Program-made: the position numbers and the translations under genes
Assembly: GCA_951406725.2 (NCBI GenBank)
Contig: OX597834.1
Coordinates: 2,108,001-2,172,000, forward strand
Length of the DNA: 64,000 bases
DNA from: Octopus vulgaris
Lineage: Eukaryota
Reading direction: 5' to 3'
Shown here: positions 12,857 through 25,295 of the stretch, one piece after another
Numbering within the stretch: position 1 is the stretch's first letter
Layout of the letters: every line of letters starts with the position of its first letter
The notes under the pieces: generated by a model
The model's input: only the letters and a program-made list of their open reading frames with translations
Databases searched by the model: none
Told to the model about the DNA's origin: nothing

Positions 12857-13292
12857 ATAAATGATGATGATGATTTAATTTTCTTTTATTTACATTTTAC
12901 TCTTTTAGTGTTTTTGTGGGGTGGAGGTTCAGTGCCTGTGGTCATGCTGGAGCACTGCTTTTCAAGTGGACGGAGGTATAGTCAGTGGCAGTAGTACTCA
13001 ACATGAGTGCAAAGGGATGTAATGAAAAGCATTTTCCTTCAATACCCTGATTCTGCTGTCCCCTCTTTTAACATTTCGCTTTCTCCATGCATCAAGGCCA
13101 ATCTTCTATAGCTGGGTGCTCTTCCTGTCACTTATCTCCACCTGTTTCCAAGTGAAGGTGATATTTCCCCATGGCCAGACATATTTTTATGGAAGATTGG
13201 TAACAGACACTGCAGTATGACAGTGATACTTTTTTACAGCTATCATGTGATATCAAAATAAGGAGACACTAACACACACTAACATTCATTTG

Positions 13293-13346
<54 letters not shown>

Positions 13347-13371
13347 ATATATATATATTCTCTTTTTTTTT

Positions 13372-13743
13372 TTACTCTTTTACTTATTTCAGTCATTTGA
13401 CTGTGGCCATGCTGGAGCACCGCCTTTAGTCGAGCAAATCGACCCCAGGACTTATTCTTTGTAAGCCTAGTACTTATTCTATTGGTCTCTGTTGCCAAAC
13501 CGCTAAGTTACAGGGACGTAAACACACCAGCATCAGTTGTCAAGCGATGTTGGAGGGACAAACACAGACACACAAACATATACGACGGGCTTTTTTCAGT
13601 TTCCGTCTACCAAATCCACTCACAAGGCTTTGGTCGGCCCAAGGCTATAGTAGAAGACACTTACCCAAGGTGCCACGAAGTGGGACTGGACCCGGAACCA
13701 TGTAGTTCGTAAGCAAGCTACTTACCACACAGCCACTTCTACA

Positions 13744-13746
<3 letters not shown>
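13372..13746 (-). mobile_element. SINE family A, full length
   Basis: Collinear with 220-599; flanked by (AT)n on both sides. Confidence 0.92.
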
Positions 13747-13791
<45 letters not shown>

Positions 13792-13809
13792 CATATGTAT
13801 ATTCGATAG

Positions 13810-14090
13810 ACTCTCCCTTCGTTAGACGACATAGGAGGGTTCTGCAATTTCTTACTCAACAACCACACAGATGATTTGTTTGTAGTGATCAAATGTTTGT
13901 GTAGACATAAGCTCATTCCCTCCATCAAATCGATATTACCTGCACAGGTGCAACTGGGTGCCACATGTTAGATGTCAAAATGATTGCAGAGCAACATGAA
14001 ATCAAGTGCTTTGCTCAAGAACACAACACAATACCCTGTCTGGGAACTGAACCCACGATCTTGCAATCATTAGTGCAACACCCTAACCAC
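13810..14090 (-). mobile_element. SINE family B, tail variant 4
   Basis: GCTCAAGAACACAAC...GAACCCACGATCTTGCAATC..CCCTAACCAC is the reverse of the B head/body; the tail is unique in this window. Confidence 0.7.
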
Positions 14091-14329
14091 CAAGAAGTTT
14101 GACTCGTCTCCATGCAAAGTTCTGGAGGGCAATGAAACTTTGTCACATGGAACCAAGTGAAACTGTTATCAAAAATAGATGCAGCTTCTACCCAACCTGT
14201 AGAGGACCACCTTTTCTTTGTTTGCCCACTCACCCGTGTGTGTGTGTGTATTTATATATATATATATGCATACATTCATCCTATAGGCTTTCATCAGTTT
14301 GTAGCTAGGTGGACTGTGCCACACTGTGT

Positions 14330-14560
14330 CATCAACTTTTGTGGTGGCAGTGACCCAAGCATTGGAGAATCCAGCACAGCGCACCAAAGAGGACACCAAA
14401 GAAGACACCAAAGAGGACACCAAAGAAAACAAATTGAGGAAGGCCTCAAGTTGCAGCATCTCAACTTCAAGCAGTGCCATAAATTGGAAAGGATGGAATA
14501 ACATCATCACCAGAGTCCGTCATCCAATGGCTCCTACAGCAGGGTATTGGTTGAGGGGAC
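14330..14560 (+). pseudogene. Degenerate RTE-like LINE 3' end with an internal 12-bp tandem repeat
   Basis: Frameshifted ...HQRGH/TK..KQIEEG...KGWNNIITRV resembles the RTE RGRP..T...W tail; CACCAAAGARGA repeated 4 times at about 14382-14428. Confidence 0.45.
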
Positions 14561-14762
14561 AACCGCCCCCCTCTTGTTGCCAGCTAGGGATTTAAAAAGA
14601 TGTCACCCACTCACATCTTGGCAGACATACCCACATGGTGGTACCAACAGCTGGTGCTCATGCTTCATGCTTATTAAACCTCTTCAGCAAAGCATCACCC
14701 CCCCACCACCACCACCATACCGACCGGTTCAGTGATGAGATAATCACTGCATTGATGTATAA

Positions 14763-14977
14763 CAGTGGTTATCAGCCATTTTTCACCCCTGGACCCGTTT
14801 GATTGCCATCTGATGACTCAGATAATTCCTCATGGCCACACAATGTTAAAAAGAAATAAAATTGTTAAAATGCTTTGTGCATTGTAGAAGAATAAGCAAT
14901 TTATTGGCAATAAATTTTAAGACCAAAATCTTAAATGCACCCCTAAGGGCCATAGGTACCCCGGTTGGGAACCACTG
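14763..14977. mobile_element. hAT/Charlie-type MITE
   Basis: TIRs CAGTGGTTATCAGCC / GGTTGGGAACCACTG; the 8-bp TSD is not preserved. Confidence 0.75.
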
Positions 14978-15254
14978 ACTTACTACAATAATGAACACAA
15001 TAATGGGTGTCAGTAATGAACATGACTGAGGGAAAATTACCCAGAGACTCCATTTGCTTGAAAAAACAGCAGTCAGGTTAGTGCTGCCACATTTGGGTTG
15101 TCAGGTAAATAACCTCTATTCTAAAGAAAAGAACTCCAGGTATTTATTTCACCATTCAGTTGATCAATGTTTAGTGGAAGGTGTGACTATGAAGACAAGT
15201 AGACAATACGCTCTTGTTTCAATTCAGGTGTGACTGAATATTAATATTAATTAA

Positions 15255-15490
15255 GGTGAAGGTGACAAACTGGCAGAATTGTTAGCGTGCCAGGCAGAAT
15301 ACTTAGTGGCATTTTGTTTATCTTTACATCCTGAGTTCAAACTCCACCAAGGTCGACTTTACCATTCATCCTTGCGATGGGGGGGGGGTCAATAAAATAA
15401 GTACCAGTTATGTATTGGGGGTCAATGTAATCAGTATACCCCACCTTCTCTGAAATTGCTGGCCATGTGCCAAAATTTAAGACCAATATT
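15255..15490 (+). mobile_element. SINE family C
   Basis: CTGGCAGAATTGTTAGC...CTGAGTTCAAACTCCACCAAGGTCGACTTT...AATAAGTACCAG. Confidence 0.85.
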
Positions 15491-16319
15491 AATTAGGGAT
15501 TTCTCAAAGAACTTGTCAGGTAGACAGGTACTTAAGCTGCCCTCCCTTTTAATGCAGGTATGACAATTATTTATGAACCATTTAGCCAGGTCATTACTTT
15601 GTACTTTGTTTCAGCACAGGTGTCACAACCTATATCTATTAGTAGTCAGGTAGGTAAGCTGTACTCTCCAGAAAGTTACCTCAGTGTCTGTGTGTCACCC
15701 TCCACCAATCTTCAACTTCAATATCTTTAAAGGTGTGACTGATTTCACATTCCATTTACTATAAAACAACTTTTTCAAAACCTTTACAATGCAAAAAAAA
15801 AAAGAAAAAGAAAGAAAAAAAACACCATCCTGTTTCTTTACCCCTCCCCCCACCTCACTTTCCCTCCATTACTCCTTTTCTTTCTTGCAATAAATTTACA
15901 TACACACACATGCATGTATATACACATATTTATAAACACACACACAGATATACATATATACATACAGATTTTTTCCTTTTTTTTTTTTTTGGCCCAGTTC
16001 GTATGTTCACTCTGATAAACCTATTCTGTGCCCCACCCCTTCTCCCCTTTCTCTTTCTCTCCCTTTTTTTTCTCTTTCTCTCCCACACAAACATTTATTA
16101 TGTCACTCATTACACACCTATTCTGTTCTTTCTCATTCAACTCCTTTATTTAACTGGAGTCAACTTACATTGTCTATCACACTGCCACCCTTACTCCACC
16201 TTCCTTTTGTTTGTCTCTCCCCCTCCGCCCACACCACCCTAATTCTCAAAACCCCTCACCTCCATGTCACAGTCTACACCTGTATATCCTCTCCCTCACC
16301 TCCACTACTCCCAAATCTT

Positions 16320-16650
16320 TGACCTTGTACCCTTGTGAGGAATTATCCCACCCCAATGCCAGGGATTAGTAGTCCTGGATGTATATATCTCTGAACATTG
16401 CTGTCTCGAGTTCAAGTACTCGAAGGGTCGCCTCCCCAGTTTTCCATGGGACATAAGTGATCCAAATCACAACTATCCCCACTGGATGGGACACCAGGTC
16501 ATAGCAGGGTCACTCATTTGCAGTGGAGTTGACTCGAACGATGGGAAATAAAGGGTTTGGCTCAAAAACACAACACCTGGCCTAGGAATTGAAACCACAA
16601 CCTTGTGATTGGGACTACAACACCCTAACCACTAATCCACAAGCCTTCAC
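16320..16650 (-). mobile_element. SINE family B, tail variant 5
   Basis: Reverse B head at 16560-16650; CTGGATGGGACACC tail shared with 58770 and 61200. Confidence 0.7.
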
Positions 16651-16949
16651 TGAAGAGATGGAACAAATACATCATCAACTCCTGGTTACCCATTTTGCAT
16701 GGCATGAAAGTGGCTGAGGGGAAGAACAAACACACACACACACAACAAAAACATATATGTGTGTGTAGATACACACACACACACACACACATGCTTACAG
16801 CTGTTTCTGCTGTAGGATGCAGTGTGCTCAAAGCTTAGTGGTTGTGCATCATAGCTTCCTCAGAATCATTTTAGAGACTCTGAGGAAGCTATAAGGTGAT
16901 GCACAAAAACTTGACTCTGAGCGCACTGCATCATACATACATACATGTA

Positions 16950-17095
16950 TATCATCATTTAACATCCATTTTCCATGCTGGCATGGGTTGGATGGTTTGG
17001 CCAGAGCTGGTAAGGCACGCGGTTCCATTGTCTGTTCTGGCATCGTTTCTACATCTGGATGCCTTTCCTAGTGCCATTAACTTTATGGAGTGGAC
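16950..17095 (-). mobile_element. SINE family D 3' fragment
   Basis: ATCATCATTTAACATCCATTTTCCATGCTGGCATGGGTTGG..GGATGCCTTTCCTA. Confidence 0.8.
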
Positions 17096-17139
17096 TCTGT
17101 GTGTGTGTGCATATATATATATATATGATAATTAGGTCT

Positions 17140-17462
17140 GATGGAGGCAATGTCCAAGACCTTTGGCATTATGTCATGCTTGAGAAGAAGACCCATCAAG
17201 CTGAGCAAAATCACAGTCGTGGCAGAAACCGGTGTCACGCAAATTGACACACACCCCAGTTTCACACAAATGGCACCTTTGCCAGTGGCACATAAGAGCA
17301 CCCATTACATTCTCAGAGTGGTTGGCATTAGGAAGGGTATCCAGCCATAGAAAACCATGCCAAATCAGAATGGAGTCTGGTGCAGCCTTCCAGCATGCCA
17401 GACCAGTCAAACGTTCCAACCCATACCAGCATGGACAATAGACGTTAAATGATGATGATGAT
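17140..17462 (+). mobile_element. SINE family D with (ATG)n tail
   Basis: GGTTGGCATTAGGAAGGGTATCCAGCC...CCAGCATGGACAATAGACGTTAAATGATGATG. Confidence 0.85.
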
Positions 17463-17499
17463 GTTTGTATGTGTGTGTATACATACATACCCGATAATC

Positions 17500-17660
17500 T
17501 TACACACAGTTTCCATTCTACCGAATTCACTCACATGGCATTGGGCCATCCCTGGGCTGCAACAAAAGACACACTTGTCCTGTGTGTGCTGCACAGAAGG
17601 AATGAACCTGAAACCTCTTGGTTGAGGAGCAAACTTCTTAACTACACAACTATTGCTGCA
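17500..17660 (-). mobile_element. Degenerate SINE family A 5' half
   Basis: CAGTTTCCATTCTACCGAATTCACTCAC..ACACTTGTCC..AAACTTCTTAACTACACA. Confidence 0.65.
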
Positions 17661-18785
17661 TCTTTGGTTGGAATTGAACCACTGATCCCTTGTTTACTAG
17701 TCAGATGTCTTACCTTTCGGTTTGTAGTTGGTTTGTAATATTTAATGAAAGAGGAATGAGAGATTACACTTTGTGTATAAGTGAGGGTAGGGGTATTGTT
17801 AATTAGATTCAACCTCAGTGTATGACTGGTACTTAATGTTATCATTCCTGGAAGGATGAAAAGATAAAGTGAGCCCTGGTAGCATTTGAACTCAAAATGC
17901 TGGAGAACGCATCTAAAATACCACAACACTTTCTGAATTCGATTTCGCCCATAAAAATATGAAATTCCTATTATCAATAACGTTGATGGCTGATTGGTGG
18001 GGGTGGCGGAGGTGGTAGCAGTGGTGGTTTGTCTGTGCATGGTTGGATGGTTTCGTTGGTGGCATAGTGATCATGTGATGATGGTGGTATCGGTGGCTGT
18101 GTTGTTGGTATGAGTGGTTGTTCTGCTGATGATTGCGGTGGTTTCTGATCATATTGTGTTGGCGGTCGTTGTTGGTCCATACACTGGTCGACTTGGTGGT
18201 GGTGGTGGTGGTAGTAGTTATTAAAAACCCGTCAATATTCTATAATAAACCCCTCACCCGACATATCTTCTGGCTGTTACTTACAACCACTGCTACTTCC
18301 ACCTCTCTTTCGCTCTTCCCTCCACCCTCTCCGATAGTAGTGGTGATGGGTGATCGTAGTAGTAGTAGTAGTAGTAGTAGTGGTTGCTGTTTAAATTGAG
18401 ATCAACTCTGATCGATCTGAGCTATGATCAAATATATTCCAACCGTGACCCTCCAGTCTTTGGAAGTGAGAGAGAGAGAGGAGGATAATCTAGAACTCCA
18501 TTATGTAATGCGTAACCTTCCCTATATTAAAGACTGCAGTGTAATTTGAGGGAGATTGTACTGCTGCTTCTAACAGGTCGCCGCTCCGCCGTAGTTTCGT
18601 CGTGGTGGTGGTGGTGGTGGTATCTTTCACCACATTGCAGTCAATTCCTCCTCCTTCCACATCGTTTTCTTCTCTTACCCACCCCCTTCCATGTTTCCTC
18701 TGATGTTTTATTGATTTTCCTCCTCCTCCTTCCTCCTGCTGCTGCTGCTGCTGCCTTTTGCACTGTCATGTGAGAAAGACGTACC

Positions 18786-18817
<32 letters not shown>

Positions 18818-19990
18818 GTAAGTGTGTGTGTATGTGTGTGTAAGTGCATTGTGCATGTGTAAATGCACCTCTGTATGTGTGTGTATGTGTCATATACATA
18901 GAATTGTTGCCATGCTGACATCGCCCTCTTTCACTTACTTTACCTATCGTTCTCTTTCTCTCTCTAACACTCTCTATTACTTACCCTTTCTCTATGATTC
19001 TCTCTCTCTCTATCACATCAATTTATCTTTACTCTCTCTCTCTCTCTCTTTCTCTCTCTCGTTCCCGCCATTTAGCGAAGGTTTTTTTTTTTCTTCACAG
19101 AACGAAAACACAACTAGGCTACTCTCTTCCTCCCTCCTTCTCTTTCTCTCTTACTCTCTCTCTCTTTCACTCTCTCTCTCTCAGTTGCATTAAAATCTTC
19201 TCCCTCCGTGTTGACCCATTTCAACCATCCAACATAATCAACAAGCTGTCCGTCTGTCCGTCCTCCCGTTCGCTTCTCTGATCATTTAGCCAGCCGTCTG
19301 TCCGTCCGTCTGTCTGTCGACAGATCCCTTAGAGATTCTCTTGTCTGTTGTCAATTCCGGAGAAATCACTCCCATACACACACACCCAGCTTCTTGTCGG
19401 AGACGAGAACATTAAAAGATCCTCAATGTGATGGCTGACTTCCCTTATATCTCACCTTAGCTATCTTAGAATGAAACGCATTTAATGGCTATAGCAGGCA
19501 GATGTAGTCCTAGATACACTATGCCTGAATAAAAAGTTGGGATGATCATGGTTGGAACATATTTGATCATTAGTTGACCCGGGGCTAAATAAATAACAAC
19601 AAGATATTGACATTTGTATTGAAGGACAGCTTTCTTCGTCAGTGCTCAACGATTCGTTAATTAGTGATGACCTTATCGCTAATTAATTTCAGTTTATTTG
19701 GTCAAACATCGGCAAAGATTATTGTTTGTATAAACGAGACAAGGGGAGCCTCTTAGCAGTCGCTTGACATGCCTGGATTAACAGCCGAGTCTCTTTCAGA
19801 TCTGCACCCTTAAATAAAAATGTTTCCCTGCACATTGGAAAAAAAAAGACAGGATGGTCACAGTTGGATTGTCTTTGTAGACCTGTTGGATCAATGTTGA
19901 CCTGGGATTATTAAAAATAATTTTGTGTAAACCAGAAAATTACTATTTTTAAATCTCACGAGAGATATTCAGCAACAGTACTTTGGAGTA

Positions 19991-20341
19991 AAGGTTGTTT
20001 GCCAACATAACATGGCAGTCCTGGTTTAGGATGAGTGTTGCTGTAATTTAGCCTGAGGAGAATCGTCTCTAGCTGTCTATCCGACACGATCTGTGTCCTT
20101 ATATTTTCGAACAAGGGAATTTAGCACACACACCCCACTCAGCACAAAAAAAAAAAAAAAACGGAAATCACGATACACTGATATTGTTTTGAGCTGAGTG
20201 GGGGTGCTAGAGTCCCTTGTTTGAAAATATAAGGACACAGATTGTGTCGTATAGCCAACTGAAGACGATGTCTCCTGGGGCTGAATTACAGCAACATTCG
20301 TCCTAAACCAGGACTGCCAGGTTATGTTGGCAAACAATCTT
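19991..20341. mobile_element. Foldback MITE with ~150-bp inverted arms
   Basis: AAGGTTGTTTGCCAACATAACATGGCAGTCCTGGTTTAGGA... is mirrored by ...TCCTAAACCAGGACTGCCAGGTTATGTTGGCAAACAATCTT. Confidence 0.9.
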
Positions 20342-20524
20342 GTGTAAACCAGTTGAATAAATGAATTTCTTCATGACTTGCTGGAAATAGCAGCCAAAAT
20401 GTAGGGACCCTTTTAACAACCAGGGAAGGTATGCAAGTTGATAACAAAATGTGGGGTCTTTGTGTTTAATTCTCCCCATTTATTTTTAGTCTTCAGGATT
20501 AAGGCATTTATTTTGTAGAATGAT

Positions 20525-20775
20525 TAACATTAGGAAAGACACCCAGCCATAGAAGCCATGCTGGAGCAGACACTGGGGCATGATACCTGTTGGATCCTCC
20601 TCTCAAGCCACCTGACCCCTGATAGCATGGAAGGCAGACGTTTAACCCTTTTGTTTCTGTCTGTTGAAATTCATTGCCTTTGTTTTTTAAAAGACCAATA
20701 GAATAAGTCGTGGGGTCAATTTGTTCAACTAAAGGTGGTGCTCCAGCATGGCCACAGTCAAATGACTGAAACATG
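20525..20775 (+). mobile_element. SINE D 3' fragment followed by SINE A 3' fragment
   Basis: TAGGAAAGACACCCAGCC..AGCATGGAAGGCAGACGTT; then GAATAAGTCGTGGGGTC..GCTCCAGCATGGCCACAGTCAAATGACTGAAAC. Confidence 0.75.
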
Positions 20776-21289
20776 AATATTTCTATTAATATTTAGCAGA
20801 AGCGACAGAGTGACTCAAGGGACGAGAGTTTCGTGTGGAGGCACTTAGCAAATTAGGCTTCTGCTAAATATTAATAAAATATCTCTCTGAAGCCCTTGAA
20901 AGAGGAAAAAGTCAAGTTGACCTCATTGGAATTTGAACTCAGAACATCCGAGAGCTGATATAGCCACTGCAAAGTTTTCTCTGCAACTCTAACAATTGTA
21001 CCAGCTCACCTCTTGCAGTCCTCCTGCATATACTGTTGATGAACAAAGAAGATGGGATGGTCATGGAGGGGTTGTCATTGATTATAGGTCTGGGGTAATA
21101 GGTTTGTAGAGATAGTTTGGGAAGAATCTGTGTGATTTGGGTGTATTGGAACTGTACACACGCACACAGACATACACATACATACATATGAACACATACA
21201 TACATGCACAAATACATACATATACATGCACGTACACATGTTCATTCACTATTTGTAGTGTTTAGTATTGCTGCTGCTGCTCTGATACA

Positions 21290-21565
21290 GCAGAACTATG
21301 ATGAAAGACATTCCAGATGTGACCATCCAATCTTTTATACAGACAGTACATCTTTGAATATATTATCCAAAGTGACTTTCTTTATGAAGCTAGTCAGATG
21401 TGGTTTAAAAATCACGTGGCTTATTTCTAGCAGGACAGGTGACCATCCATCCATGACCATCACCAATAGGACGTAGGTGGTCAGGCTCAATAGTCTCGAG
21501 ACAGTTTCATCTATTTTCAAGTCAGTAAGGTGTAATTTGATTGTTATTTCTAGCAGATTGACCAA
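21290..21565 (+). mobile_element. Family E copy
   Basis: CTATGATGAAAGACATTCCAGATGTGACCATCC...TATTTCTAGCAGG. Confidence 0.65.
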
Positions 21566-23074
21566 CTGTGAAGAGTGGGGGGGGGGCTGTGTCAGTTGTT
21601 GATGATTGAAGTGAGAGATATGTAGGGAGGAAGAAGTGTTGTGAGAGAAGGATTGGACAAAAGGTGAAGCAGAGGGGGAGAAGCGGGTGTGCTACATGGA
21701 ATTATGGGTAATGTGGATAGGAGCAATGAAATGGTACTTGAAAGAAAATGATGGTACATTGTGGTGTATATTTGTTGTTGAGACATTAGCCCCCTCCACC
21801 TGCACTCCACCCCCACCACACTCTACTCCATCTCCATAAACTCCACTCTACCTCACCTCACTCTATGTCACAACACTCTACTCCATGGTCTTAACTACAA
21901 ATGTAATATTATATTTGTGAAAGTACTTTCCGAAAGGCCTGCCTAGCTCATTGTTTTCAGTTCAAACTCCCATCAGGTGGAGCAGATTAAAGTGGTGCAT
22001 CTTCTTACTAAACTACAATAAATGAGCATCTGTGCAGTCACTTGACTTGCCAGAAGTTGCAACCAGGGAATCAGAAAGTATAACACTGCAAGTACAAGGA
22101 GGAAGGTGACTGTGCTACATGGAATTCCTCCATCACGATCCTTTCAACAATACAAAGTTCAGACACATCTTGAATGTAAACAATGATTATGTAATTATTC
22201 ATACATACAAGATGGGCTTCTTTCAGTTTCCTTACACCAAATTCCTTTGCGATTGATGGGAGGATCTTGTCCAAATATTTACAACAAACAGGATGCAGTC
22301 TGCTAAAGACAATCAAGAACAACCAGTTGTTGCTGGTGGTGGTGGTGGTGTTAAACCAGACACCAGATTATGTCTACCAACCACCCATCCAGCCGTCCAT
22401 ATTTGTATTTGAGTTTCCTTTTCAATTTTTCAATGGTGTTCAGAACATGTTTGTGTTGTCTACAGTTACAAAGTGATAAAACTAGTTTAGTAAAATGACT
22501 TGAAGTATTTCTTGCTGATATTTCAGTGAAATTATCTGTTTCTAATGATTTCTATAGAGGCCGGCTAGAAACTAGAGCAGAGCAGATGACAATATGGCCA
22601 CCAGGTACAGGTTTGCCTATTGTTGTTTGCGGCTTATTATAGATTACATTGAAACTATGTGATTACCACATTGAAGCTAGCTGGATTGCTAGGCAGATAA
22701 TCAGCTGCGAAATTGGACATTGGACGTGACAGGACATGGTTATCTGGGAATATATTGAAACAATGACTGTGGATTGATTTAATCTTTGTTTTTTAAACTT
22801 TAATCAAACTGCTGTTTAGATCAGGTTTCTGGAGGGAGCGGCGAGGGTGGGAGAGAAGTAACTTTGTGTTAATGTATTTCTCTGGTGGTATGTCAGATAT
22901 ATTTATTGGAAATAAAGATATGCTGATGTACGCAGGTAAGGACATAGGCATTGATATGTATATAGATGGGTGCGTATGCCTATATATATATACAGAGAGA
23001 GAGAGAGAGAGAGAGAGAGGTATATAGGTAGGTAGGTGTCTTTCTCTATATAGTGATAGGTGTATGTATGTGCG

Positions 23075-23105
<31 letters not shown>

Positions 23106-23714
23106 ACAATGATATATAGGTTACATACATATATATATGTGTGTACAATGATATATAGTCACACAGGCAAATAGATGAAAAGCTAGACGGCAAGAAAAGC
23201 TGACAGGCAAACATAGACAGGCAGACTGTTGGACGTGTAGACAGAGAGATAGGCATTGAGATAAACTGATACGCCGACAGATAAACGACGACACAGAAAT
23301 AGGCAGACAGAGAAGAAGACAGACAGACAGACAGACAACTAGGTAAATAATTAAGTTATAATGTTAAGACATTTAATCCAAGAACCTTCAAGAAATAATT
23401 ATGTGCTGAAGAATAAACAATATTTGTCAATGATTCATATTATATAATTTCAATAAGTTCCAATAGGTAACACCAAGCATGTCTGGCTTTTAATTAACAC
23501 TTAATTATTATTCTCTAAACTAATCTGGTTTTCTGTCTTAACTAAATTACATCTTTGTACCTTCAGTTAGTGAATTGTGAGATTGTTATAAATACAGAGC
23601 ATATAGGAGGCTGTGCTTTACTGATGAGGTTGCAACAAGAATGAAACACATCCAGAGTTATCTGTGCTTGATATATCAATTAAAGATAATGTAAGGATAT
23701 CTTAGGTAAAAAGA

Positions 23715-23872
23715 CAGTGAGCTGGCAAGATTGTTAGCATGTCAGACAAGATGCTAAGCAGTTCTGTATGTTCTGGTTTCAAATCCTGCTGATTTTGTCT
23801 TTCATCCTTTCAGGGTTGACAAAATAAGAGTATCCATCAACTTGTCCCCTCCCCTCAAAAATTTCTGGCCTT
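23715..23872 (+). mobile_element. SINE family C, degenerate
   Basis: GTGAGCTGGCAAGATTGTTAGC..CTTTCATCCTTTCAGGGTTGACAAAATAAG. Confidence 0.75.
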
Positions 23873-24681
23873 GGACCCTGTAACGGACCAGTGTCCTGCT
23901 CAGGGGGAGATATTGCAATCTCAGTTACTTATACACCCATGGAGACTGGGCATGGGGTAAAAGGTTGGAAATTTGGAATGGGGGAAGGGACCAGTCACAT
24001 TTGAACCCCTTCCCCTCACCTGATTTGGGTTAGTATTTTATTTTATTGACCTCAGAGGGGTGGCACACAGTAAACATCGGTGAGAATTGAACTGTTATGA
24101 GCTATTTTGTATCATTTTTCTAAATGCATGATTATTTAATGTTCCCAACTTGAAACACATTAACACTGACTTAACTATTGTTTCCATGTGGATGGAGACC
24201 CTGAGTAATGTATAATGTACACTTATCACTTGGTCATAGATTAGTTCTGATTTATCCGAACTATGATTAAAGACATTCCATCCATGACCATCCAATGTTG
24301 CAGTTTGGAGCAGTGTCTTATCAGTGTCTTCTGCAATGGCTCCTATGGTGACCGATGCCTTCTGAAAGAAGCAGATGGTTGATATGATGATGATGATGAT
24401 GATGGCTGGTTGGTGCAGAAACCAACCAGGAAAGGACAAAGAATTATTTTATGTAAAACCAAGAAATAACATCTTGGAAAGAATGTGAAAAATACTTTCA
24501 GTTTGACCTACAAGGATCAATATATTTGATTGATTTATAAACAGGTTTACAAATTGGTTTCATTCGGAATTGGTTTCTTCAGATTGATGACTCTACTCTA
24601 CCAGTATTGAGCTCTTCAATTGATTTGTGGCTGTTCTTTTTCCTTTGACCAACCAAATCCCAAGAAGTGTGTGTGTGTGTG

Positions 24682-24770
<89 letters not shown>

Positions 24771-24994
24771 GTTTTATTAAAACTGAAAAACTTAGCAAAC
24801 TGTTGCTCTGGGTTTCATGTCATTGATCTTCTGACAAGGGTCTGAAGATCAACGACATGAAACTCTGAGCTTAAATAAAACTCAATATTAAACTCTACCT
24901 TTGGAGTACAAGTGACATATCCTGTGCATCACTGTGTGATTAGGTGCTGACATGTACGCACATATGCAGAAATATGTATGCATAGATATGTATA

Positions 24995-25036
<42 letters not shown>

Positions 25037-25250
25037 ATTTACTTGCAGCTGAATTTTGTTTTTAGAAGGTTTGCTTCGAGAGTTGCATTCCCTCAAGACT
25101 TTCATGTGTTGGCATTTATCAAAGTAGTTTCTAATCAAGAGGATTCCATTTATATATTGGTGATAAAGATATTTCCCTGGACTGTTCCAGAACAAATCAT
25201 AAAAAGCAATTACAAGGTCATGTGCATTATGCATATTTTACATATATGTA

Positions 25251-25295
<45 letters not shown>

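Noticed and set aside
17011-17023. TAAGGCACGCGGT equals the first 13 nt of miR-124
   Set aside because: The match stops at 13 nt, lies inside a SINE D copy, and has no precursor hairpin.
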